Below, in pieces: positions 28,618 through 36,670 of a stretch of DNA of 40,612 nt; the stretch's first letter is position 1, and each line of letters starts with the position of its first letter. Where the stretch lies: positions 1-40,612 of the IMG/VR virus record IMGVR_UViG_3300030606_000020; one strand, written 5' to 3'. A model generated the notes under the pieces. The model did no database searches. It was not told where the DNA came from and saw only the letters and a list, made by a program, of their open reading frames with translations. The position numbers were made by a program, and so were the translations under genes. The stretch is from a virus (Duplodnaviria; Caudoviricetes).

Positions 28618-28821
28618 TCAGTCTTCGCCGGCTATCCGGTTCAGCTGATTGCGCTGCAGATCACTCAACTGCATGCGGTGGCCCCAGCTTTCAAAGCGCA
28701 CGCGCAGGTCGTTGGTGAATTCGATTTCCCAGTGGGTTGTGGCGTTGAGCTCAGCCGCTACCAGCACCGCCTTGAAGCGGTTGGCGTGGCCGTACTGGTC
28801 GATGATGGTCGCGGCTGCCAT
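28618..28821 (-). CDS. Hypothetical protein
   Basis: WEIEFTNDL..RF...LSDLQRNQL.RIA motif seen in phage recombination modules. Confidence 0.7.
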   Translation of the reverse strand: MAAATIIDQYGHANRFKAVLVAAELNATTHWEIEFTNDLRVRFESWGHRMQLSDLQRNQLNRIAGED

Positions 28822-28824
28822 GGC

Positions 28825-29784
28825 TTACTCCATCAGCGGCAGGTCGCCGCTCTGGCTGGTTTCGTTGGTGGCGGGCTTGGCCTTTTCCTTCGGCTTGGCC
28901 TTCTCTGGCGCGGCTTCTTTCTCCTGCTCGATGATCTCGCCGGTTTCGGTGTTGACCTCGCCGTCGGGGGCTTCGTCCTCGATGATTGCCGGGGGCGTCG
29001 GTTCTTCGTCGCGCAGGTCAGCCACGTTGACGGCTCGCACCACAATGTCGTCGTCGCGCGGCTCGATCACGTCGCGGACTTCCTCGACAGTCTGCAGGCC
29101 CATCAGCAACTCGGGCGCATACAGCCGGCCGAACAGGCTGGCGCAGCGATAGCGCAGCATGATTTCAGGCATGGTCAGCCACTTGCTGCCGTTCTTGGTC
29201 AGCCAGCCCTCGTCGATTGCCATCTGGATGCTGACGGTCGGCCCGTCCAGGCGGTCGCCGGTTTCCTTCTCGATCACCCAAGCGCGGCAGGTCTGGTGCC
29301 GCACTTTGACCTTGCGCTGTTCCTCGACCTTCTGCTTGTTCTTCCAGACGGTCGCGGTGTACACGACTTCTTCCTGCTCGCCTGGCTCGCTGATCTCGAA
29401 GCGCAGCGGGCTGAAGCGGCCGCAGCTGTTGATTGCGGCGATGATGAACTGACTGGACCAGCTCGGCCGGCCTTCGATGATGTACAGGTTCTGCATCACC
29501 ATCAAAGGATCGGCGCCCATACGTTGCGCCATGTTCAGCGCCACGATGCAGTTCGGCAGGCCAGAGCTGTTTGGCTCATGGCCGACCACCTTGCCGTAGT
29601 CCTTCACTTCGACAAAAGCGCGGTACTGGACCGGCACCAGGGTCGACTTACTCAGGGCATTGGCCACGCGCTGCAGCTGGTCGAAGCCGGCGCCAGTGAG
29701 CAGCGACATAGCCGCGTCTCCGCGGGGCCTGGCTACTGCCGACTGCTGGAGCTGGGCCAGCGGCTTGGGGGTTTGTTCGGTCAT
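28825..29784 (-). CDS. recT: RecT/Red-beta-like ssDNA annealing protein
   Basis: PLMVMQNLYIIEGRPSWSSQF, KNGSKWLTMPEIMLRYRCA, YAPELLMGL; acidic tail. Confidence 0.8.
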   Translation of the reverse strand: MTEQTPKPLAQLQQSAVARPRGDAAMSLLTGAGFDQLQRVANALSKSTLVPVQYRAFVEVKDYGKVVGHEPNSSGLPNCIVALNMAQRMGADPLMVMQNLYIIEGRPSWSSQFIIAAINSCGRFSPLRFEISEPGEQEEVVYTATVWKNKQKVEEQRKVKVRHQTCRAWVIEKETGDRLDGPTVSIQMAIDEGWLTKNGSKWLTMPEIMLRYRCASLFGRLYAPELLMGLQTVEEVRDVIEPRDDDIVVRAVNVADLRDEEPTPPAIIEDEAPDGEVNTETGEIIEQEKEAAPEKAKPKEKAKPATNETSQSGDLPLME

Positions 29785-29999
29785 TTGCAGAACTCCGATT
29801 TGTAGCCGTTCGCTTTGCGATACTCGGCTTCGGTGGCGATGGTGACGGCCCGGCGATCTTCTTGTTTCTCGGGCTTGCTGTGCAGCTTTATCTCCGCGGT
29901 GATGAATCGCTCGCGATCCCAAACACGATGATGGGCAACGATTGCGCCACTCTTGCCGCTTGGGTCTGTGATTTTCAGATACAGGTCTTGGCCTTGCAT
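29781..29999 (-). CDS. Hypothetical protein
   Basis: GAGG RBS, coupled to recT; HHRVWDRERF. Confidence 0.65.
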   Translation of the reverse strand: MQGQDLYLKITDPSGKSGAIVAHHRVWDRERFITAEIKLHSKPEKQEDRRAVTIATEAEYRKANGYKSEFCK

Positions 30000-30016
30000 G
30001 GTGACTTCCTCGGTGG

Positions 30017-30820
30017 TTACTGGTGGTAAGGGCACTTGTTCCAGCGCGGGCAATAGCGAGCGCTGCAGGTGAATGCCTGGGGATTTGGCGGGAACAGACC
30101 GGTGCGGAACATCTGCGCGCCGATCTCGATCAAGCCTGGATATTCATCGGTGCCGGTCATCAGCTGCTTGGCGCCGGTCAGGGTGCCGGTGGCGATCTCG
30201 GGCTTGCCGCCCGTCTTCATGCCGATCACCTCCGACACGTCGTCGGTTTCCAGGCCGGTGGTGTGTTCGTACAACAGGCGATAGGTGCCGATTTGCGCCT
30301 TGTGCGGGCCGGTCTTGGCCACGCCCTGCGATACCGCGGCGCGGCCGGTCTTCACGTCGCCGATGCGATCCAGGCCGGTGCTGGCGATGATCCGGCTACG
30401 GTCCAGGGTGCCGGTCAGCTCGACCAGGGTGCCGCCGCCGCAATCGATCACCAGCGGCGTGGTGGTCAGCTCTACCGCCTTGAACTCGTACTTCGGCGAC
30501 CAGACGTTGCAGTACTCGGTATGCAGCGCCAGGCTGATCCGCTCGGCGTCGTTCTGGCTCAGGTCGCTGCCGCGCCAACTCACATCTTCACGCGGATGGC
30601 GCAGGGTATCGATGACGGCCTCGGCGGCATCGAAGGTGCTGATCGGCTCGCCCAGGACGCGGGCCGCATCGAATGCAGCAGTGCCGGCATGCACGGCGGT
30701 GCCGAGCAGTGCCCGCGGCGACGATGGCGAGCGCATGCCAAGCAGGTGAACGCCTTCCCATGCGTATGCACACGAAAATAGGCTTCCCCAGCTGCTGGCG
30801 CGGACTTTGATAATGCTCAC
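30017..30820 (-). CDS. Cas4/AddB-like PD-(D/E)XK exonuclease
   Basis: GTAVH, LTGTLD, GDVKTG, AQIGTY; one N-terminal Cys plus C-terminal CSARYCPRWNKC (Fe-S ligands). Confidence 0.85.
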   Translation of the reverse strand: MSIIKVRASSWGSLFSCAYAWEGVHLLGMRSPSSPRALLGTAVHAGTAAFDAARVLGEPISTFDAAEAVIDTLRHPREDVSWRGSDLSQNDAERISLALHTEYCNVWSPKYEFKAVELTTTPLVIDCGGGTLVELTGTLDRSRIIASTGLDRIGDVKTGRAAVSQGVAKTGPHKAQIGTYRLLYEHTTGLETDDVSEVIGMKTGGKPEIATGTLTGAKQLMTGTDEYPGLIEIGAQMFRTGLFPPNPQAFTCSARYCPRWNKCPYHQ

Positions 30821-30849
30821 GGCTTCCTCGGTGTGATGTTGCAAGTTCG

Positions 30850-30877
30850 ATTATATGGCCGCCGGCCATTATGTCAA
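30850..30877 (-). promoter_or_regulatory. Consensus sigma70 promoter for the recombination module, with a palindrome in the spacer
   Basis: TTGACA-16 nt-TATAAT; ATGGCC-ggc-GGCCAT spans the spacer. Confidence 0.75.
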
Positions 30878-31182
30878 CTGGCGCTGTCAGCCTTTGCCGC
30901 TTTCGGGTCGATGCCCAGCAGCTGCAGCATGTTGAACACGCCGCGACCGTGCTTCGGCTTCGGCTCGCGCGGGATGTATTTGCCAGTGCCTGGCCAGAAG
31001 TCGACGGTCTTGCCGTTGTGGCGAACGATCAGGTGCGCGCCGTCGTTCTTGATCTGGAAGTCAACGCCCAGGAAGCGCAGCAGCGCACAACTGCGCTCGC
31101 GGTTCGTCTTGCGGCGCAGCTTGTTGGTCAGGAATAGGTTGTCTATCCCGCTCGCCCGCTCTAGCTTTTTGTTTTCGCTCAT
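30874..31182 (-). CDS. Hypothetical protein
   Basis: KNDGAHLIV...VDFWPGTGKY...GRGVFN motif of a common phage family. Confidence 0.75.
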   Translation of the reverse strand: MSENKKLERASGIDNLFLTNKLRRKTNRERSCALLRFLGVDFQIKNDGAHLIVRHNGKTVDFWPGTGKYIPREPKPKHGRGVFNMLQLLGIDPKAAKADSAS

Positions 31183-31379
31183 TCGGCCACCTCATTCATC
31201 TTGGCGTCGTGCTTCTCTGCGCACTTGCTGATTGCGCGGCACAGGGCATCGACGGGGTCCGTGCCGATCGGTTCGCCATGAATCACCAGGCCGCTGTCGG
31301 CAAACACGGTGCCGGCGCGCAGGTTCCACAGGATTGCCATCTGGTACTTGGCGACCAGGATCAGGTCGTGTTCGGTCAT
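31179..31379 (-). CDS. Hypothetical protein
   Basis: ATGA-coupled 66-aa ORF (DPVDALCRAI). Confidence 0.55.
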   Translation of the reverse strand: MTEHDLILVAKYQMAILWNLRAGTVFADSGLVIHGEPIGTDPVDALCRAISKCAEKHDAKMNEVAE

Positions 31380-31669
31380 GGCAGCATTCCAAAGGCCAGG
31401 GCGGCGTAGAAGACGGCGATGATGGGCAGGCCGAGCATCATCCACACCCGATCCGGGTTGTGGCGCAGGGAGTTGAACAGGCGGCGCAGCAGGTACGACC
31501 TAGCCAGCGATACCAGGGTGAACAGCGCGCCGATCTGCAGGTTATCCGCGGCGGACGGCGTGAAGCCGAACCGCGGGAAGATCAGCACCTGGGCCAGCAG
31601 CGCGATACCGAAACCGATGGCTACGTTTGCGATTGCCTCGACGGCCGAGGCTGTGCGGGTCTGGTTCAT
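31376..31669 (-). CDS. Small membrane protein
   Basis: SAVEAIANVAIGF...FPRFG...NLQIGALFTLVSLARSYLLRRLF, a conserved phage membrane family pattern. Confidence 0.75.
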   Translation of the reverse strand: MNQTRTASAVEAIANVAIGFGIALLAQVLIFPRFGFTPSAADNLQIGALFTLVSLARSYLLRRLFNSLRHNPDRVWMMLGLPIIAVFYAALAFGMLP

Positions 31670-31671
31670 TC

Positions 31672-31818
31672 TTATGCTCCGAGAGCGCCGGCCCACCACA
31701 GGGCCAGGGCGCAGATAGAAAAGGCCCATAGGGTCGTTGCAGCGCCGACGATAGCGAAGGCCAGGGCCAGGTGGCCTAGGCTGCAGTCGAGGCCGATTCC
31801 TTCGGGGTCGTCGTTCAT
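31672..31818 (-). CDS. 48-aa membrane peptide (not in ORF track)
   Basis: MNDDPEGIGLDCSLGHLALAFAIVGAATTLWAFSICALALWWAGALGA; fills the gap and is ATGA-coupled. Confidence 0.55.
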   Translation of the reverse strand: MNDDPEGIGLDCSLGHLALAFAIVGAATTLWAFSICALALWWAGALGA

Positions 31819-32144
31819 TTGTCGAGCTCTGCGGTGGCGAGCTGGTGGGCTTCTTCGTCACGCACTGCCTGGGTGGCCTGGTGCTCGATGAAGGCGGCGC
31901 GCTTACGGTCAAGCTCGGTCTTCAAGACTTCGATGGCTTTCATCTGGCCAATGGCGGCGGCTATAGCTGGGTTTCTTGAGCCTTTCCCGCAGGGCAGGAA
32001 AGACAACAGCAGCGCCGCAATGTGCTTGTCATCGATCTCGCCAGCAGCGAAGTCGGCGAAGGCTTCCAGCATGCGCTCGTCGTCGGCTTCAAGTGCGTCG
32101 TGGATGGCCTGCTCGGCGGCGGCCTGGGTGATGGTTGTTTGCAT
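31815..32144 (-). CDS. Hypothetical protein
   Basis: 109-aa ORF with GGAG RBS. Confidence 0.65.
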   Translation of the reverse strand: MQTTITQAAAEQAIHDALEADDERMLEAFADFAAGEIDDKHIAALLLSFLPCGKGSRNPAIAAAIGQMKAIEVLKTELDRKRAAFIEHQATQAVRDEEAHQLATAELDK

Positions 32145-32146
32145 GA

Positions 32147-32407
32147 TTATTCGTCTCCGTCTTCGCGTGGCATTTGCTCACCGAACAGATGAATTTTTTC
32201 AACGCAAGAAAGGGTGTCGATGTTCCTCATTAGCTGCTCGCGGTATTCGCCGCGGGTAAAGATAAGCAGCTCGCCGTTGGTGCCGGTCAGCCATTGAACA
32301 GCGCCGTATTGGCCTTCGGCATGGCATGCATCCCAAAAATCTTGCGCCGCGTCCAAAAGCTTTTGGCCTGTGGCCATTCGTTTTTCGTCAATTGGTACTT
32401 GGGTCAT
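32147..32407 (-). CDS. Hypothetical early protein
   Basis: AGGAGA RBS; GAVQWL..GELLIFTRGEYR. Confidence 0.7.
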   Translation of the reverse strand: MTQVPIDEKRMATGQKLLDAAQDFWDACHAEGQYGAVQWLTGTNGELLIFTRGEYREQLMRNIDTLSCVEKIHLFGEQMPREDGDE

Positions 32408-32435
32408 GGCTGTTCTCCTGAATGAGTGCAGTTGA

Positions 32436-32978
32436 TTAATAAGGTTTTTCGACTTTCCCCTGGTCTTGCAGGCTCTTTACGTTAAACAAGCCGCTGAGCA
32501 TCAGATCCATCTGCTGGGCAAGCTGATTCCGCAGCCCGTCCTTCAGGGACCCAGTGACGTTTGCGGCGCACTGCTGCATCTGCTTGCTGAAATCTTCGGC
32601 GCAGATTTTGGTCATCAACCACTGGGCGCGAGTCACCGCGTTGTAGTCGCTGGTTGCTTTCTCGCCATTGGAAGGGTTTACCTTTGCGTTCCAGTAAGCG
32701 GTAACCGTTTTTTCCAGCTCATTTCGGATCGTGGTGGCCGGCCCCTCTTGATCACCCCACTGATTAACGCGGCGGTATTCGCGCTCAAACGAACCGTTAA
32801 TGGTCTCGTCGATTGCCTTCTGGATCTGGCTGGTTACGCGCTCGTCGAAGATCTTGTCGATGCGATTCTTGATTTCCTTGTCGACCATGCGCGAAAGGTC
32901 GGCGTCTTCGCTAAGCAGCTGGTCTGCGACCTGGGCGACGATTGCGGTTTTTAGAGATTCTTCGTTGATATTCAGCAT
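32436..32978 (-). CDS. Hypothetical first gene of the leftward operon
   Basis: GAGG RBS before MLNINEESL; helical 180-aa ORF. Confidence 0.7.
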   Translation of the reverse strand: MLNINEESLKTAIVAQVADQLLSEDADLSRMVDKEIKNRIDKIFDERVTSQIQKAIDETINGSFEREYRRVNQWGDQEGPATTIRNELEKTVTAYWNAKVNPSNGEKATSDYNAVTRAQWLMTKICAEDFSKQMQQCAANVTGSLKDGLRNQLAQQMDLMLSGLFNVKSLQDQGKVEKPY

Positions 32979-33133
32979 GTCCATTTTCCTCGGTAGGTGG
33001 TTGCACCTGATCGCCCGGGCGGTGCCTTCCCGCATTGCATCTGGTTTGCTCCTGCGCCCCAGCGGCGGCCCCGTGTCGTTATTGCGGGGCAAGATGGCTG
33101 CAGCGGTAAGGCAGTCGGCCATCTGTGAGACGA

Positions 33134-33162
33134 ATAATAGGTATTTGAATAGCCTTGGTCAA
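33134..33162 (-). promoter_or_regulatory. Leftward early promoter (PL-like)
   Basis: TTGACC-17 nt-TATTAT on the minus strand. Confidence 0.75.
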
Positions 33163-33185
33163 TATGTTTTTTATACCGCAGGCGG

Positions 33186-33215
33186 TTGACTCTACGACAA
33201 GGCAGGCTTTATAGT
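33186..33215 (+). promoter_or_regulatory. Rightward early promoter (PR-like)
   Basis: TTGACT-18 nt-TATAGT. Confidence 0.7.
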
Positions 33216-33249
33216 TCGCGGCGTCGAACATCCAAATAGGAACCAGATC

Positions 33250-33450
33250 ATGAACGTAGGAAAGAGCCTAAAGGTCGCGCTGGCCAAGGCTGGCTTGTCG
33301 CAACGCGAACTGGCTGCAAAGCTTGGTTGTGGGCCCGTCTGGATCAGCCGCTTGGCCAATCGGCCGTCTGCTGATATCAGGACGATTGAACAGCTCGCTG
33401 CTGCCTTCGACATGAAGGTGAGCGAGTTTCTGGCGCTTGGGGAGGAATGA
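33250..33450 (+). CDS. XRE-family HTH regulator (Cro-like position)
   Basis: GLSQRELAAKLG...TIEQLAAAFDMKVSEFL; 66 aa with no peptidase domain. Confidence 0.88.
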   Translation: MNVGKSLKVALAKAGLSQRELAAKLGCGPVWISRLANRPSADIRTIEQLAAAFDMKVSEFLALGEE

Positions 33451-33453
33451 TTT

Positions 33454-34257
33454 ATGGCGGCGCTTCCGTACATGCAGTTGTACGTGGCCGACTACTTGGC
33501 GGACACCGCGCATCTGACGACTGAAGAGCATGGCGCCTACCTGTTGTTGCTGTTCAGTTACTGGCAGACAGGGAAGCCATTAAGGGCCGACCGCCTTGCT
33601 TCAGTGGCCCGGTTATCCAACGAACGTTGGACGGATGTTGAACGGACGTTGAAAGAGTTTTTCCACGTAAAAAGTGGGGAGTGGACGCACTTTAGAGTGG
33701 AGGCAGACTTGGAAAAAGTGGGCGGAAAGTGGAAGAAAAACAGCGATGCAGGCAAAGCATCTGCAAAAGCAAGAGCGCTTTTAAAACAACAACTTATAGA
33801 CGCAGATTCAACGGACGTTGCAACGGACGTTCAACGGACGTACCAACGAAACGTCAACCACGCGCGCTCGGGAGATGCAGATACAGATATAAAACAAGAT
33901 CAAGATCAAGAGCACTTGTCGAGCAAGCACGACGGGGAGGGATTGAAAACCAGGAAGCGGAAAATCGACGACACCCCGTATCAGGAAATCCTGAACGCTT
34001 ACCAGCGAGTGTGCGGCGGGATATTCCTGGGGGCGGAAGTGCTCAACGAAAAGCGCAGGAAAAACATCAAACGGACCTATGACCTGACCGTGCGCGACAA
34101 GAAGCCGTTCAAGGATCGTGGAATTGAATTTTGGGAAAAGTATTTTTCTCGCTGCGTCACCAACAAGCACTGGTGTGGTGAAAACGATAGGGGCTGGAAG
34201 GCAGACCTTGAGTTTGTGACGCGAGAAGAAAACGTTTTGAAGGTCTTGGGGGTTTGA
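33454..34257 (+). CDS. Replication initiator, DUF1376/YdaU family
   Basis: MAALPYMQLYVADYLADTAHLTTEEHGAYLLLL..YW; C-terminal GENDRGWKADLEF; upstream of DnaB. Confidence 0.9.
   Translation: MAALPYMQLYVADYLADTAHLTTEEHGAYLLLLFSYWQTGKPLRADRLASVARLSNERWTDVERTLKEFFHVKSGEWTHFRVEADLEKVGGKWKKNSDAGKASAKARALLKQQLIDADSTDVATDVQRTYQRNVNHARSGDADTDIKQDQDQEHLSSKHDGEGLKTRKRKIDDTPYQEILNAYQRVCGGIFLGAEVLNEKRRKNIKRTYDLTVRDKKPFKDRGIEFWEKYFSRCVTNKHWCGENDRGWKADLEFVTREENVLKVLGV
33809..33910. repeat. Putative replication origin: iterons followed by an A-rich repeat tract
   Basis: CAACGGACGT at 33809, 33821, 33832 and CAACGAAACGT at 33844, then gatgcagatacagatataaaacaagatcaagatcaag. A related triplet lies at 33618-33651. 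Confidence 0.75.
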
Positions 34258-35606
34258 AAATGACACGCGATCCATACAGCCAGGAAGCTGAACAGGGAGT
34301 GCTGGGGGCAATGCTGATTCGCCCGGAACTGATCGACGTTCTGGCGGCAGACCTGAAGGCATCCGATTTTTTCTTCTCGTACAACCGCGATGTGTTCAAG
34401 GCGATTCAGGCGCTGAAGGCCACTGGCACCGGTATTGATTTCCTCACCGTGGCCGAGCGGATCGGAGTCATGGACAACGGCGACGCCGCTTTGGCCTACG
34501 TTGCCGATATCCAGCGCAACACGCCGAGCGTGGCCAACGCCAAGGAATACGCCCGAATCATCCTCGAGCGCAGCATTGACCGTTCGCTGATGGCTGCAGC
34601 CGATACCGTGCAGGAACTCGCCGGCAGTGACGCAAGCGCTGAAGACAAGATCGCCAGGGCCCATGCCGAGATCCTGGGGATCAACTGCGAATCGGCATCA
34701 CCGGAAACGATCACCGCGGCCGACGCCGTAGAGCGGCATATCGCCGAGATGAACCGGCGCGAGCGGCTGGGCGGCAAGATCGATGGGCTGCTGACTGGGA
34801 TCAAGTCGCTGGATGACAAGCTGCTGGGGCTCAAGGGTGGCCAGTTGGTGGTTATCGCCGGGCGGCCGAAGATGGGCAAGACCACGCTGGCGATGAACAT
34901 CGCAGACCAGAACGCGGTGCGTGACGGCAAGCAGGTGCTGGTTTACTCGCTGGAAATGTCCGGCAGCCAGATCATGGACAAGTCGCTTGCTTCGCTTGGC
35001 GGCATCCCGTACCAGGCGCTGCGCGATGGCTCTGCCACCAGCACGCACTCCAGGGAGCTGAACCAAGCCGTGGGCATGATCAGGCAGTCTGGCCTGGTGC
35101 TGTACGACCGCAAGGGCGCGACCGTCAATCGCATTCGCGCATCTGCTCGCCGCCACAAGCTGCGCCATGGCCTCGATCTGCTGGTGGTTGACCATATCGG
35201 CCTGGTCGACGTTGAGGACTCCAGGGCCAACGCCGTGCAACGGGTGAGTGAAGTCACGCGCCAGCTCAAGTTGCTGGCCCAGGAACTCGACGTGCCAGTG
35301 CTGACCATGTCGCAGCTCAACCGCCAGCTGGAGCAGCGCCCGAACAAGCGCCCCATTCCGTCCGACCTGCGCGACAGCGGCAGCATCGAGCAGGACGCCG
35401 ACACGATAATTTTTGTGTACCGCGATGAAGTCTACGACGACAACACGGCATCCCGCGGCGTGGCCGAGATCATCGTGGGCGTTGCTCGGGATATCGAGCC
35501 TGGCACTGTGCGTGTGCGCTACCAGGGCAAATACAGCCTTTTCAGCGACTTGAACGGCTACGAGCCACCGATGGGCCGCGTTTACGGCGGCTCGCTTCTG
35601 GACTGA
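34254..35606 (+). CDS. dnaB: Replicative DNA helicase
   Basis: AEQGVLGAML, IAGRPKMGKT, YSLEM, VVDHIG, SQLNR, SDLRDSGSIEQDAD. Confidence 0.97.
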   Translation: MKMTRDPYSQEAEQGVLGAMLIRPELIDVLAADLKASDFFFSYNRDVFKAIQALKATGTGIDFLTVAERIGVMDNGDAALAYVADIQRNTPSVANAKEYARIILERSIDRSLMAAADTVQELAGSDASAEDKIARAHAEILGINCESASPETITAADAVERHIAEMNRRERLGGKIDGLLTGIKSLDDKLLGLKGGQLVVIAGRPKMGKTTLAMNIADQNAVRDGKQVLVYSLEMSGSQIMDKSLASLGGIPYQALRDGSATSTHSRELNQAVGMIRQSGLVLYDRKGATVNRIRASARRHKLRHGLDLLVVDHIGLVDVEDSRANAVQRVSEVTRQLKLLAQELDVPVLTMSQLNRQLEQRPNKRPIPSDLRDSGSIEQDADTIIFVYRDEVYDDNTASRGVAEIIVGVARDIEPGTVRVRYQGKYSLFSDLNGYEPPMGRVYGGSLLD

Positions 35607-35616
35607 GGGTAAGGCC

Positions 35617-35772
35617 ATGGGAAACCAACCGGAGCATGTCGGCGCGATCCTGCTGCGAATCATCGACAGGTGGGAGGCGGATTTGAAACAGGCTGAGCGT
35701 GAGGAAGAACAACAAGGCGAGCCAGAGGCCGCAGAGAGCGAAGACAACAGCGAAGCAGTACGTCGGCCCTAG
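35617..35772 (+). CDS. 51-aa acidic hypothetical protein (not in ORF track)
   Basis: GAGG RBS; MGNQPEHVGAILLRIIDRWEADLKQAEREEEQQ... Confidence 0.45.
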   Translation: MGNQPEHVGAILLRIIDRWEADLKQAEREEEQQGEPEAAESEDNSEAVRRP

Positions 35773-35924
35773 TCGCATGCCGAACGCCAGTAAGAACGCA
35801 AATGCGCGGCCTTGCTGGCGATATTGAAGCTGTATCTGCGGTGAGATTTACGAGAAAAGCGGCAAATGTGGTGGTGGTCGCTGGTGAAGCGGCTTTAATT
35901 GGTCAAAAAATGAACAGGTGGTGT

Positions 35925-36467
35925 ATGGAAAATAAATATGACTTTGAAGTCAAGATTCAGGAATTGCAGGCTGAGATTTCCGCATTGAAGCAGGCGGGCG
36001 TGGCGCTGCCTGATCGCAAGGTGTGGAACCAGGGATCTGGTCGCGAAGGCAAGATTGAGGCTGACGCATACAACTGGGCGCTCGACGAAGTCGCCCGCCT
36101 CAACGCCTCCCGCGACGTGCAGGCGCTTGAATCGAGACTGCATGAGGTCGCAACGCATTGCGCAACTGTCGAGCGAGAGCGCGACGCCCTCGCCGCCGAT
36201 AATCTGCGGCTGCACGACCTGCTCCGCCATGAAGAGGCTCGTTTTCGCCTGGAGCTTGGCGAGAGTGAGAGGTTGCGGGAGGCGATGAACGCGCTGCGAG
36301 CCATGTTTCCAGCAGGCATCACAAAGCAAGGATTTGTCGTCAACGGGCAAGCCATTAGCGCAGATGGTGACGATGAATTTTTAAGCTGCAAGAAGGTTGA
36401 GGTGTGGGCTGCCCCGCTGCTCGCGACTATCGACGCCGCGCTATCCAGCGGCAAGGAGGTGGATTGA
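35925..36467 (+). CDS. Hypothetical coiled-coil protein
   Basis: AGGTGG RBS; YNWALDEVARLN motif. Confidence 0.7.
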   Translation: MENKYDFEVKIQELQAEISALKQAGVALPDRKVWNQGSGREGKIEADAYNWALDEVARLNASRDVQALESRLHEVATHCATVERERDALAADNLRLHDLLRHEEARFRLELGESERLREAMNALRAMFPAGITKQGFVVNGQAISADGDDEFLSCKKVEVWAAPLLATIDAALSSGKEVD

Positions 36468-36670
36468 TGCGGAGCATTAAGCGCTACCAGTCGCCTCGTC
36501 GATGGCGGCCAACCGCCGATCGAACGATGACTGAGTGCGGTCCTAGCGACTATCAGGGATACGTGAGCCTCAGCGACTACAACACACTACTGCTCGCACT
36601 GAAGCTGGAGCGGGTAAGTCTTATGCGAGCAACGGCGCTGATAAAGTCACTCAAGGAGAAACCGCAATGA
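36467..36670 (+). CDS. Hypothetical protein
   Basis: TGATG coupling, GGAGG RBS; GYVSLSDY. Confidence 0.65.
   Translation: MRSIKRYQSPRRWRPTADRTMTECGPSDYQGYVSLSDYNTLLLALKLERVSLMRATALIKSLKEKPQ

Noticed and set aside
30017-30820. CRISPR-associated Cas4
   Set aside because: No array or other cas genes; context is a recombination module.
30869-30879. TTATGTCAACT resembling the XerD arm of dif
   Set aside because: No XerC arm at the right spacing; explained as the complement of a -35 box.
33934-33941. KOPS-like GGGGAGGG next to the origin
   Set aside because: Expected by chance in GC-rich DNA of this length.
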